Positions 1-9,763 of a stretch of DNA of 64,000 nt are shown here, one piece after another. The first letter of the stretch is position 1. The number at the start of each line of letters is the position of its first letter. Origin of the DNA: an uncultured virus (IMG/VR IMGVR_UViG_3300028591_000091) (Duplodnaviria > Heunggongvirae > Uroviricota > Caudoviricetes); the IMG/VR virus record IMGVR_UViG_3300028591_000091; one strand, written 5' to 3'. Position numbers and translations under genes: made by a program. The notes below the pieces were generated by a model. That model was not told the origin of the DNA and searched no databases. It saw only the letters and a program-made list of their open reading frames with translations.

Positions 1-218
1 AAGTCTACTCCGTCTTCTAGATGTACGGGGAGTCTATAATCTTGTTCTGAATCTTGTTTATAGGGTAGAGGCACGACAAACATTTCCGGCTCTCCATACT
101 TAGAGATCCACATCTTAGTTCCGTCCACATGCTGTATACGTCTAAAGCACAGTCTCTTATCTTGTCTATCATATACGTACACTCTATCTCTCACTTTCAG
201 ATCTTTAAATATTTTCAT
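1..218 (-). CDS. Hypothetical protein, runs off the window start
   Basis: ATG at 218 overlaps the end of the pnuC-like gene; open frame MKIFKDLKVRDRVYVYDRQ... continues to position 1. Confidence 0.6.
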   Translation of the reverse strand, partial: MKIFKDLKVRDRVYVYDRQDKRLCFRRIQHVDGTKMWISKYGEPEMFVVPLPYKQDSEQDYRLPVHLEDGVD

Positions 219-447
219 CTTTGTAGCTCCATTTTATCCAACCATAGATATTAATAATGACATAGAAGATAAACATAATAAATTGTCCCATATTGAAGGG
301 TCCTATTATGTTATACAAAATCCAAGCAAAGTTACCTATAGTCCATATTACAAATGCATATTTATTTTTCTTGATCACATAATAATTTCCTATGATGGCG
401 CAAGAACAGCCTATAGCACTTAGGAAATCAAGAAAGGTTATCTCCAT
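205..447 (-). CDS. Small PnuC-like nicotinamide riboside transporter (3 TM, half-size)
   Basis: Three hydrophobic helices, W..GN motif, C-terminal YGWIKW like PnuC; in operon with nadE and pncA. Confidence 0.6.
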   Translation of the reverse strand: MEITFLDFLSAIGCSCAIIGNYYVIKKNKYAFVIWTIGNFAWILYNIIGPFNMGQFIMFIFYVIINIYGWIKWSYKDENI

Positions 448-1345
448 TACAGTGTTTCATAAGTTCTTCCTTACTTGGTTCTCCTCTATCTATTCCTTTC
501 AATTCTAGAACGACTGGAAGATGTTTTCTTTTAAATTCACTTCCCTTATGTCTTTTCATCACTTGTTCCACAGTCTCTTCTCCATATTTATCTGTCACAA
601 GATTTAATAGAAATAGATTAGCTTCTGTTGGCCTCTCTTTATATCTTAGAGCAGTCATCAGAATCTCATCCAGTTCTTCATAGGACTTGAGAGAAGGTGC
701 TATTTGTGCTAGGTCTCCTCCTTCCTTTACTCCATTTCCGTCGGTGGGTGTTAGACCTATAGAATCTTTGAGTGCTTCTTTCTGTTTCTCTGTCTCCGCT
801 ATATTTTCCAACATCCACTTAGCTAACCCATACACTTCATGTTTCCAGAGCTGTGCGATAGGTGAAACATCTCCTTGATCTCCTGCTATAGTAAAGAAGC
901 CAAGATTATTTTCAGAAAGGTTATCTGTATCTATGAGCACTCCTTTCTTTATTCCAGCCAAGTTTCTAAGATATGTCATTCTTAGACGCGCCTTTATATT
1001 ACCCTGTGAAATTGGCGTAGAAGAACCTGCACCTAATTCACACCACCTCTCTATAATCTCATACTCTTTCTGCATTTCATGAGTAAAGAAATTTTGGTAA
1101 CTAATAAAAGATTGTCCAACTTTATTTGCTGTTCCCGTTTCTTCTCCCGTATTAGTTGTGCAGGGAAGAGACACGCCATAAAAAGACAGGGTAGGGTCTC
1201 GGCGCGTAACTTCATGACATATTACGGCGCAGACAGTAGAATCAATTCCTCCCGAGATCCCCAACACCATAGACTCCAGGTTATTCTTTTTTAAATATCC
1301 CAGGAGTTCGGTTACACTAGATTCAAAAACCTCTTTATAATTCAT
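428..1345 (-). CDS. nadE: NH3-dependent NAD+ synthetase
   Basis: LGISGGIDS PP-loop, GNIKARLRM, TDNLSE, GFFTIAGD, PIAQLWKHEVY, PTDG, SEFKR motifs. Confidence 0.95.
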   Translation of the reverse strand: MNYKEVFESSVTELLGYLKKNNLESMVLGISGGIDSTVCAVICHEVTRRDPTLSFYGVSLPCTTNTGEETGTANKVGQSFISYQNFFTHEMQKEYEIIERWCELGAGSSTPISQGNIKARLRMTYLRNLAGIKKGVLIDTDNLSENNLGFFTIAGDQGDVSPIAQLWKHEVYGLAKWMLENIAETEKQKEALKDSIGLTPTDGNGVKEGGDLAQIAPSLKSYEELDEILMTALRYKERPTEANLFLLNLVTDKYGEETVEQVMKRHKGSEFKRKHLPVVLELKGIDRGEPSKEELMKHCNGDNLS

Positions 1346-2009
1346 ATACTTCTACTCCTTCTTGATTCATCCATTCCTTCAGCTTAGTACCATCATCTAT
1401 AGAGCGTATTCCATCCATAAACATATAAAATTTACTGCCTTTTAAGCACTTCTTAAGATTTTTTGCTGTCTCTAGAACACAATAATCTCCTGCTATTCCA
1501 CATACTATAATATCATTTTGTAGATTGATATAAGAATAGGAATCTTCTGAAGCACTAGCCAGACTAATAACTTCTGGGTCATCGTCACATATTTCGGCAT
1601 CTCCTCCAAAAGCTCCATATTCTTCTTCCCCAGGTATATCCCCCTTTTTGAAGATATCATATGTATTAGAAAGTATACTTCTCTCCATCAGACTTTGTTC
1701 TTTATCATAGAAAAAGATATTATCTAGATTTTGGAACCCTCTTGAAACGACCGCATCAAAAAGTTCATTAGGAATAGATGCACCCTCACTATATTGAACA
1801 CAGTGGTTAGGCCAAATTCCTCCGTTCTTTTTAAAACTGCAATCTTCCAAGGAGTGCCAATCTACTGTAAAGATAACTTGATTAATTTCTTGATCTTTTT
1901 CAATCAGTTCTTTAATTCTTGGAACAACCTCTTCTCCGCCTTTCACGTACAAAGACCCTTGGGGGCTATAAAAATCTTTTTGAACATCTACAACTATTAA
2001 TGTTTTCAT
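1335..2009 (-). CDS. pncA: Nicotinamidase/pyrazinamidase (isochorismatase fold)
   Basis: IVVDVQKDF..GSL, DWH, WPNHCVQ, GIAGDYCV catalytic motifs. Confidence 0.93.
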   Translation of the reverse strand: MKTLIVVDVQKDFYSPQGSLYVKGGEEVVPRIKELIEKDQEINQVIFTVDWHSLEDCSFKKNGGIWPNHCVQYSEGASIPNELFDAVVSRGFQNLDNIFFYDKEQSLMERSILSNTYDIFKKGDIPGEEEYGAFGGDAEICDDDPEVISLASASEDSYSYINLQNDIIVCGIAGDYCVLETAKNLKKCLKGSKFYMFMDGIRSIDDGTKLKEWMNQEGVEVYEL

Positions 2010-2093
2010 AATCTAACTTTATATTTTAGTTCACATATAAGGCTTTTAGATTATAGGTAATGTGAAATAAAAGTTGAGAACAATATCCCAACT

Positions 2094-3605
2094 TTATAAA
2101 CCAAGGTCTTTTTTAAATGGCGGAAGAATGCCTTTATCTGTTTTAGTGTACATATTTTCTGCTAACTCTCCTACACTCATCACAGGATCCCTATCTAACA
2201 CTTCCTTAACTTTTCCCCAATCCGTAATAAAACAGGGAGATCCAGCATAAAAGGTTTTGCTAGGTTTTCCAATCCATCTGAAGACTCTAGTATCGTGATT
2301 ATATTCAAAAAGAATCAGTGAATTTACCTCTTCAGAAATTAATATAGTTTTTTCTTTTTTCTGACTCTTATCTTCAACAGTTACTGTAAGATTCTCATCT
2401 TTCCAACCGAGCGAAGAATATCCTACAATAATGAAACTCTCATTAAAATATGAAGATATGTTTATCTCTTGAGGAGACATAAAATTTTTAACTCCACCAC
2501 TTAATAAGTATAATGTTAAACGGCAATCCTTAGATAAAAATATCTTACTTGTTGTAGAATAATTAATTATCTCTTTAAACATATTTTTTAACCAGGCAGG
2601 ATCAAGAAGTTCTGAAACAGAGATATCATAGAAATATTGTGGAATTATACACATTTTCTCTTTCCTCTGCTTTACCAATTTTATCAACTTTTCTTTTAGC
2701 TGAAGTTGTATTAATTCTATGATTTCCTGTTCTTCAGGATCAGGGTCTGGTTTTCCTACCATAACTGTATCACCACAGGTTCTCTTCCACCTTGATACTC
2801 TAGGATCTCTTTCAAAGTCTCTAATACTGATTAAGATATCTCGTACTGTTAATTCAGGATCATCTAAGAATGATTCAAAAACATCAAACTCATTTCCTTT
2901 CTTCCATCCTTTCCACATAAGCTTCTTCAGCTTTGGTTTTTCGGGAAGCTGTTTCTTTTTTAATTCCTGAAGTATAGTAAAAAGGTATTGAGATGCTTTT
3001 GGATATTTAAAAGAAAAATCAGAGGGGTGTATCCAGAGTGCTATCTTTTTCCAATAATTAATAAAATCTTTGAGTTGTATCTTCTGATCCACTAAACCTT
3101 CTAGTCGAGCCATAAATTCTTTTCTATCGCTTCTTTTTGCGTTTATTCTTCCATGTACTAAATGCTTAGATAGAAATTTGAATAATAAACTGTTGGATCC
3201 CTCTAAAACTTCAGAAATCCAAAATAACTCTAATTCTTCCGGATGTTTATTATTAATTATTTCAGTCATAAAACTAGACTGTGTCCTTACTTTACATGAA
3301 AAGACCTTCTTATTTTTATTCAGCAGATCTTTAATGCTTTTTGGAGATGCTGGAAGAATTCTATCTGGATAAAAAGGCTGTGTTTTTAATAATCCCTCTT
3401 TCTTTAACCAATCGAATATTTGAATAACAACTCCTTCGGTTATTTTACTAAGGTCCCTTTTAGTTGTTAATATAATATTGTATCCTCTAGCTAATTCTAT
3501 ACAAAGAAGGTTTGCCATTATCTTATCCCTAGATGTTGACTCAGAAGAATTTGGAATGATAAGATATCCTTTTTCTGTTAATAACTTAAATTCTATTTTA
3601 TTCAT
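2094..3605 (-). CDS. Hypothetical protein, 503 aa
   Basis: Long ORF, no confident motif. Confidence 0.8.
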   Translation of the reverse strand: MNKIEFKLLTEKGYLIIPNSSESTSRDKIMANLLCIELARGYNIILTTKRDLSKITEGVVIQIFDWLKKEGLLKTQPFYPDRILPASPKSIKDLLNKNKKVFSCKVRTQSSFMTEIINNKHPEELELFWISEVLEGSNSLLFKFLSKHLVHGRINAKRSDRKEFMARLEGLVDQKIQLKDFINYWKKIALWIHPSDFSFKYPKASQYLFTILQELKKKQLPEKPKLKKLMWKGWKKGNEFDVFESFLDDPELTVRDILISIRDFERDPRVSRWKRTCGDTVMVGKPDPDPEEQEIIELIQLQLKEKLIKLVKQRKEKMCIIPQYFYDISVSELLDPAWLKNMFKEIINYSTTSKIFLSKDCRLTLYLLSGGVKNFMSPQEINISSYFNESFIIVGYSSLGWKDENLTVTVEDKSQKKEKTILISEEVNSLILFEYNHDTRVFRWIGKPSKTFYAGSPCFITDWGKVKEVLDRDPVMSVGELAENMYTKTDKGILPPFKKDLGL

Positions 3606-3766
3606 GTTTTGAAAATTTAATGAGCAACCATTTTAAAGTCACTCACAGATCTCTCCGGTTGGAAAGAGATCTTTTTATAATATTAGAATCTATCTTCTTC
3701 TACTATATATAACTAACTTATTTCAGTTAGTCTCCCCTCTCGTATTTCACAAGAGAGCTCCTACCT

Positions 3767-4252
3767 TTAATATGGGTAGAATCCTCGGCTATTTGGAACA
3801 GGGCCAGCCTCAATTATAAAAGGACTTACTCTAGTAAACATAGTCTGTCCATTACATCCTGTTACTGGTTGCCGATAGGACCAGGGATTTTGGTAATACA
3901 TCTGTGATCCTGGCTGAAATGTACCACCTCCAAAAATTCTTGTCAGATTTTCAGTGACCAATGTGAGCGACTGTACAAATGCAAGTAATTTACTACAACT
4001 GTCCTGAGTAGCTCTCATAGATGCTAATACTATGGGCTCTTCTTTACATTGCATAGGTGGCTGCTGCATAGGGTCAAATACACAACCCTCTTGTTTTGGG
4101 GGTTCTGATTTTGGCATGTTTTTCCTAGCGTTAGATTCAGTCATTGCTTTACTAATACCCACAAAAACGGCGGTCCCTGCTACTGCTGCGGTTAAGACCT
4201 TAAATCCTACCTCGCAAACTAATTTCCAATCCATTTTTCTATTTGAAATCAT
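3767..4252 (-). CDS. Hypothetical protein with N-terminal membrane segment
   Basis: Hydrophobic VLTAAVAGTAVFVGI; start may be the MDWK methionine. Confidence 0.7.
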   Translation of the reverse strand: MISNRKMDWKLVCEVGFKVLTAAVAGTAVFVGISKAMTESNARKNMPKSEPPKQEGCVFDPMQQPPMQCKEEPIVLASMRATQDSCSKLLAFVQSLTLVTENLTRIFGGGTFQPGSQMYYQNPWSYRQPVTGCNGQTMFTRVSPFIIEAGPVPNSRGFYPY

Positions 4253-4598
4253 GTTTTGTAACTTCCCTTCTCCAACCGTATTGATCCAGGAAGTTGGGTT
4301 AGGTAATTTAGGTTCACTGCAGACTAACGGTTTTTGTTTCTAACAATGATCCCTTTTAATTTTAATCATAATTGTTCTTTGACATTTGTTTAACTTTGTT
4401 TGTAGAGTTCTGTCACTTATTTACTATACTCTACAGATATAAGGAATTCACGTGTTGGGAGAAATAAACGCAAGAAAAATAAAACACACGAGAAAAAAAA
4501 ATAATCCTCGTGTATAAATTTTAAGGCGTACAGTTCAGCGCTTCGCAAATTATTTTACGCCTTATTATATTTCTTGCGTAAAAATTCCAACACGAAAA

Positions 4599-5180
4599 TT
4601 ATAAATAATCTTCGAATCTAAATCCAATCTTTTCATAAAATTTATTCCTAATTTTATCAGCTTTTATTTTTTCAATATTCCAATATCCTCTTCTAGCTAA
4701 GACTCTAAAAATTGGATATAAATTTTTATGTCCCATAAGTTCCTCAAAGTCTGTTATTTTTACCTGTTGTTTATATCCTTGAATAGTAACAGAAACAACA
4801 TCTGTGGCATGAACAATTATACTATTATTGAAGTTATAATAGGAATAGAAAATTTCATCAGCATCTTTTACTACATCTAGCCATTTCCACCTTTCTTCAT
4901 CAATCCATTCTACAACCTGCATATCATCATTCTCATTCTCTACAAGCCAATCATCAAAAATCTTTTTCATAAGAAAAGGGAATAAATAGGGGTTAAGAAT
5001 ATTTTTATCAAATCCGAACCAAGATCTCCAAGAAATCGCATAACCTTCTATGTATGGGGTTTTAACATATTCTGGAGTAATTCTGAATTCTGTATGAACA
5101 AGATCCCTCACTTTCTTCTTTACAGTATCATTAGGAGGAAGGGGAATTAAAATACGTGAATATTTTTTAAATTCCGACAT
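4599..5180 (-). CDS. Hypothetical protein, paralogue of 5167..5667
   Basis: Shared EGY..W..W.G, WIDE and PIF..L.RRG motifs. Confidence 0.75.
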   Translation of the reverse strand: MSEFKKYSRILIPLPPNDTVKKKVRDLVHTEFRITPEYVKTPYIEGYAISWRSWFGFDKNILNPYLFPFLMKKIFDDWLVENENDDMQVVEWIDEERWKWLDVVKDADEIFYSYYNFNNSIIVHATDVVSVTIQGYKQQVKITDFEELMGHKNLYPIFRVLARRGYWNIEKIKADKIRNKFYEKIGFRFEDYL

Positions 5181-5667
5181 CTGGATAATTTATATCAATA
5201 TCATATAGCCCTCTTCTTTTCAACTTTTCAAATATTGGAAGTGCATCTCCTTTTATCTCAAGCTTCATCCTTTGATTATTATAAAATCCAATATTCACCC
5301 ATAAACCGCTTGAATAGTGACCAACATTGAGAAAATTATTATAAACTTCTATATTAACATCTCCGTTTCTATAGCTTTTTCTAAATACCTCACTATATTG
5401 TTTGCTCTTGGAAAGATCTATATATTCAAAATTATCTTCATCAATCCAATCAAGACTTAATATTTCTTCTAAATAATTATTCCCAAAAAATTTACATAAT
5501 GAATTTTCTAGAAATTCTCTAAATATTTCAACTTTTGTAGCATTTTCTTCACCATACCCGTACCAATTCGGCCAAGGAATTAAATATCCCTCATATAAAT
5601 CAGTTTCTAAGTATACAGGTTCTCTTGTAAATGACTCTTTTGCTTTCTTCCTAATTTTCTTAATCAA
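5167..5667 (-). CDS. Hypothetical protein, paralogue of 4599..5180
   Basis: Same shared motifs; overlaps neighbour. Confidence 0.75.
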   Translation of the reverse strand: MIKKIRKKAKESFTREPVYLETDLYEGYLIPWPNWYGYGEENATKVEIFREFLENSLCKFFGNNYLEEILSLDWIDEDNFEYIDLSKSKQYSEVFRKSYRNGDVNIEVYNNFLNVGHYSSGLWVNIGFYNNQRMKLEIKGDALPIFEKLKRRGLYDIDINYPDVGI

Positions 5668-5712
5668 AGATCGATCAGGTGAAGTGGAATAAATAATTGA
5701 GAATATATTATA

Positions 5713-6924
5713 TCATTTTCCATATACATTCTTTCTGATCTGAATTAATATGTCCTCGAGTTTTCTTTGATCTGGTTCCTCTGGAAGACTCGATTTCTCA
5801 AATGCCGTTTTCATTTCTTCTTCCGTCTTCAGCATGAGTTCTTTTACCTCCTCATACTTCATTTCATGTCGTCTTATTTTCAACAATTCCTCTCTATCTC
5901 CAGCTTTTCCCCGATCTAAGAGCAATCCTTTTCCTTGTGTTATTTCTATTCCCATTCTCATGATTCGAATAGCATGCATTGTATTCTTAGAGTCCCATTG
6001 ATGACCTAAGTTTGATTTATATCGTTCTGGGTTTCTATGTTCTACCCAATCCCAATATTTTTTATAATCTGCACAATGACGACTAAAAGCATTAGTATTA
6101 TATTGAAAAGTGACTAGAGGATTAATAGCTTCAGACTTCGGGATACTGGAAAGACGAAGTTGAGTAGTTTCGTTTACAGAATCAATAATACCTCTATACT
6201 TAATTAACTCAGTTCGTTTTCCTTCCTCTAATTCTTTACAATACTCTGCCCATTCATTTGAGCTTATCTGAGATCTTTCTTTATGATATCTAAGTCGAAT
6301 ATAATCTTCTACTTTTAGGTTTTTATCAGCAAACCAATCGTAGTAAAGTGTATAGAGCTCAATCCCGTTAGGAAGACGACAACAGCCACAATGTTCTTGT
6401 TTCAGTCCATTCTCTCTTAACCATTTTTCTAGGGTCCAAACTCCATCATTTCCCGGCCGAGGTACCCAACAAAAATATAGCGGGTTTTTCCTCTCTTTAA
6501 CTTCGGCAGGATCTATAGACATTGCTTTACTAAGACCTTCCATTTTAGATATTTGAGATTTAGCATAACCTCTAAAACTTGGATATGCAGACTTAGTTAA
6601 TAATTCCTGCCGTATCTCCCAGAGAGGTTCCAACCGCTGATCGAAGTGTTGGATTTTATCGGCCGGGGTAAATAAAGAACATAGAGCCTCTGGATTAGAC
6701 TTTTTCAGCTCCCTAAAAAATTTCCCCAATTCATCAAAATAATTATCATGTTTTTCATCACTAACATAGGGAAGATAATCTACTCCCGTTCCTAATAACC
6801 AATCGACGGGACAACAGAAAAGACCAAACGTATCTATATCTGATTTTTCTGTATTCAATCCAAAAAGATGACTTCCCCTAACTGATTTAAACATCAGGAC
6901 TCCATTCCTTTTATCCCATTCCAT
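5713..6924 (-). CDS. Predicted nucleotidyltransferase (pol-beta superfamily, YcgL-like)
   Basis: GSHLFGLNTEKSDID (GS..G....SDxD), SNP, F.GYA..Q, K..MH.IR and LLKIR motifs. Confidence 0.85.
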   Translation of the reverse strand: MEWDKRNGVLMFKSVRGSHLFGLNTEKSDIDTFGLFCCPVDWLLGTGVDYLPYVSDEKHDNYFDELGKFFRELKKSNPEALCSLFTPADKIQHFDQRLEPLWEIRQELLTKSAYPSFRGYAKSQISKMEGLSKAMSIDPAEVKERKNPLYFCWVPRPGNDGVWTLEKWLRENGLKQEHCGCCRLPNGIELYTLYYDWFADKNLKVEDYIRLRYHKERSQISSNEWAEYCKELEEGKRTELIKYRGIIDSVNETTQLRLSSIPKSEAINPLVTFQYNTNAFSRHCADYKKYWDWVEHRNPERYKSNLGHQWDSKNTMHAIRIMRMGIEITQGKGLLLDRGKAGDREELLKIRRHEMKYEEVKELMLKTEEEMKTAFEKSSLPEEPDQRKLEDILIQIRKNVYGK

Positions 6925-7319
6925 ACTTCTGTTGCTGCTTTTAAAGAAATTCTAAAACTTTTATGAAGTAAATCTGTTGTAAGTTTATTTTTTAACATAC
7001 ACGTTAAAACACACTCTTCTTCTGAGCTTAATTCATCTTCATCTTCATCGTCTTTAGCACATAGTTTAATTAAATCTATATAAGAGCTGATAGTTAGTTC
7101 TAGACTGTTAGAACTAATCATTGTAAGATAACTATTCTGTGCAGATAAAATTAGATATGAAATAATTTCTTCTTTTGTTATTTCAGGATTTATCTCAAGA
7201 AGTTTTTTCGTGGACTTCTTTACTCCCTCCTCTAAACTTTTATCCGTATTAGTATTTATCAAAGACTCAACACCACCTGATAAATTTAATGCAATCCTTA
7301 ATTTACTAAAATCTTTCAT
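6894..7319 (-). CDS. Hypothetical protein
   Basis: ORF in operon context. Confidence 0.7.
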   Translation of the reverse strand: MKDFSKLRIALNLSGGVESLINTNTDKSLEEGVKKSTKKLLEINPEITKEEIISYLILSAQNSYLTMISSNSLELTISSYIDLIKLCAKDDEDEDELSSEEECVLTCMLKNKLTTDLLHKSFRISLKAATEVWNGIKGMES

Positions 7320-7334
7320 AGTTTATTTCTTTCT

Positions 7335-8633
7335 TCACACAGATAAGGCATTCAAGAGTCTTCCAGTCAAGTCAGGGGTTCCAATTTTTTCGTACTCCCC
7401 ATTATCCTTCAACCATATTAAATTACGATCTACAATAGGAAGACCAAGCTGTGAAAGACCAAGTTGATATAAGGAAAGCTGGATACTATATATGGAGAGG
7501 GGTTCATCGATATAGTCCCGGAATGGATCAAGTAGCGTGTTTGATTTACTCCGGTTGAATGAATTTTTTAAGTCTTTGTTTGTGTTATGAGTTACTAACA
7601 TTTCTTCTCTAACACAAAAAGTATGAGAAGATCCTGACACCTCTAAACATCTAGTAGGAACTGTTTCAACCGGCCTTATCTTTTCCACACGCTTAAAACA
7701 TTCCGGATTCTTTTGTTCGATGTATAAGTCTCCATATTTCATCCATCCAGCCATATATTCAGTTGTCATAACCTCATAATCAGCTTCTGTCATAAAAATA
7801 TTTTCCCTTACCTTTTTCATTACCAACCATCTATGTTCATGATCTGCTACTATTGAAGTATTATCCTCAAAAATTATCTGGTAGCACGGATTGTAGTGTA
7901 TCTCTGAAGTACCTAAAATTTCTACAATATTTCCATTCTTATCCCAAACCTTATCTCCAACCTCAACAGTTCCCATTGTTTTCCAACCATCCTCTGTTTT
8001 AATTCGAGTATCAAGAGGAAGGCCCTTATAATCATGAATACTGAAAGCTATATCACCATTCCCCATTCTATAGGCGAGTAAGATATCAAAAGTACCTGCA
8101 TAACCAAGCTTTTCATGATATAATTTAGCTTCTGGCATAACAGGAAAAACATTTGGATTTTTTAATATATCCATCCAATATTTTTCTATAGCCCTTTCTT
8201 TCTCCGCATAAGGAATCATATAACCATCGGAAGTAAATTGAAAAGGAAGATCAACTGGACGTCCGATAAATAAGTTCATCATCTGTTCTCCAAACCAATG
8301 AGTCTTACTTCCGCAACTTGTACTGGTAATATTATTTTGATGCCACTCTTCTTGTAATGCCTCCTTAGATATTCCTAACTTTTTTGCCTTAGTCTCTGCA
8401 ATTTTATCCCAATCTACATAAGGCTCAAATTTATGACAAACAGATGATACTGGAGGTAATTCTTTATCACCAACAAAATATTGATGAGTTCCCTCTATAA
8501 AAACAAGATTACTAAAAGCTTCTGTAATCTTTTCTCTGGCTTCCCCTACTTCCTTCGGTTCTGGCCACTTCTTATAACGTGCTAATATGTCTTTAACATT
8601 AATCATAATTCCATAATAAATAAGGAGAGGCAT
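7335..8633 (-). CDS. PD-(D/E)XK exonuclease-like protein containing an intein
   Basis: H.Y, SV, GS.TH, E..L...GYAGTFD, D-Y-K|T restored after intein removal, YSIQLSLY. Confidence 0.85.
   Translation of the reverse strand: MPLLIYYGIMINVKDILARYKKWPEPKEVGEAREKITEAFSNLVFIEGTHQYFVGDKELPPVSSVCHKFEPYVDWDKIAETKAKKLGISKEALQEEWHQNNITSTSCGSKTHWFGEQMMNLFIGRPVDLPFQFTSDGYMIPYAEKERAIEKYWMDILKNPNVFPVMPEAKLYHEKLGYAGTFDILLAYRMGNGDIAFSIHDYKGLPLDTRIKTEDGWKTMGTVEVGDKVWDKNGNIVEILGTSEIHYNPCYQIIFEDNTSIVADHEHRWLVMKKVRENIFMTEADYEVMTTEYMAGWMKYGDLYIEQKNPECFKRVEKIRPVETVPTRCLEVSGSSHTFCVREEMLVTHNTNKDLKNSFNRSKSNTLLDPFRDYIDEPLSIYSIQLSLYQLGLSQLGLPIVDRNLIWLKDNGEYEKIGTPDLTGRLLNALSV
7584..8024 (-). mobile_element. Class 3 mini-intein (147 aa, no endonuclease)
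   Basis: Starts GLPLDTRIKTEDGWKTM; block B DHEHRW; block F PTRCLEV; ends LVTHN followed by +1 Thr. Confidence 0.88.
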
Positions 8634-8651
8634 AACCCCCTCCCTGTTACA

Positions 8652-9062
8652 TTAATTCTGTTCTTGATAGTCACCTAACAGTTTGGCTAATTCACGATAT
8701 CCCATTCCAGCTATTTCCTCCACATAAGGCTTGATAAATTCAACATTAAAATCCCCGTTTAAATTTCCTGCCTCATCAATCTCGTCTTTTAAAACTTTTG
8801 CTGCTTTTAGAAGAACATAAGTGTACCTGAAAATATTAGTTAGCAATTCTTCTCCATGCTCTTCAGATTTTATCAGGTATCCTACTTCTTCTCCATCAAG
8901 CTCAATAACTTCATCTGGTTTTATTTCTTCTGAAAGAGTATTTATAAAGAAAGATTTAGCAGTTTCTAAAAGACTAGCCTTATCTTCTTCATTATCAAAC
9001 TCACAAATAACTTTAATTTCCTTTAAGTTATCTTCATCGAAAGTAAATCTGTATGTTCCCAT
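8652..9062 (-). CDS. Hypothetical acidic protein
   Basis: ORF in operon. Confidence 0.75.
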   Translation of the reverse strand: MGTYRFTFDEDNLKEIKVICEFDNEEDKASLLETAKSFFINTLSEEIKPDEVIELDGEEVGYLIKSEEHGEELLTNIFRYTYVLLKAAKVLKDEIDEAGNLNGDFNVEFIKPYVEEIAGMGYRELAKLLGDYQEQN

Positions 9063-9070
9063 ATCTAGTA

Positions 9071-9328
9071 TTATTTTTCTTTATTATATTTATATGACAA
9101 ATACTCAGCATATTGTTTACTATAGAACATATTTGCAGGAAGTCTCATCCAACATTTTCCCTTTTCTACTTCAACTACGGGATTACCATAATTAACAGAG
9201 GGATATGTTGTGACCTTCTTAACTTTCCATTCACTATCCATATTAGGCATAAGCCCATTAAAAGCTCCTTTATTACTATTGACATAATCAATAACTTCTG
9301 GAGTAATAAAAATCTTTTCCATATACAT
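9071..9328 (-). CDS. Hypothetical protein
   Basis: ORF just downstream of the CCTTATATATG promoter motif at ~9340-9350. Confidence 0.7.
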   Translation of the reverse strand: MYMEKIFITPEVIDYVNSNKGAFNGLMPNMDSEWKVKKVTTYPSVNYGNPVVEVEKGKCWMRLPANMFYSKQYAEYLSYKYNKEK

Positions 9329-9399
9329 TTAATGTTTAACATATATAAGGAACTTGGGTTTAATTATAAGCAAAAAAGAAAAGAGCATAAAGCTCCTTT

Positions 9400-9672
9400 C
9401 TATCTAAGTAAGTCAGAGAAATATTCTATATCTTTCATTGCACGTTCTCTCTGTTCTTCTGTGCTGTTTGGATCCTTCAATACATCTTCTGCATCTTTGA
9501 TCCACTTAGTTAATAAATTTTTCGTACATCTCCCAGGATGACGAATTACTTTTTCAACAGGCCCTAATTTCTCTTCGGGATCAAATAACGCACCCCAAAG
9601 AAACCAAACTAAGACCGCAATACTTAATACTAAAATCATAATTATTCTTTTTAAAAATAAAACATTCTCCAC
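9400..9672 (-). CDS. Hypothetical membrane protein
   Basis: N-terminal TM; followed by hairpin. Confidence 0.65.
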   Translation of the reverse strand: MENVLFLKRIIMILVLSIAVLVWFLWGALFDPEEKLGPVEKVIRHPGRCTKNLLTKWIKDAEDVLKDPNSTEEQRERAMKDIEYFSDLLR

Positions 9673-9763
9673 AAAGTCTATTCTTAACTTTAGGAGATTT
9701 CTCTATATTAATAAGGGTTTCAGCCTTTCTCAAACGGCCACACGTAATTTCCTTATTATTGAA

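Noticed and set aside
4253..4369. In-frame ATG...TAG upstream of ORF 3767..4252, hinting at TAG recoding as in some gut phages
   Set aside because: TAG ends several genes directly before terminators or the next start (9400, 46782, 47683, 62288), and standard-code coding density is already high
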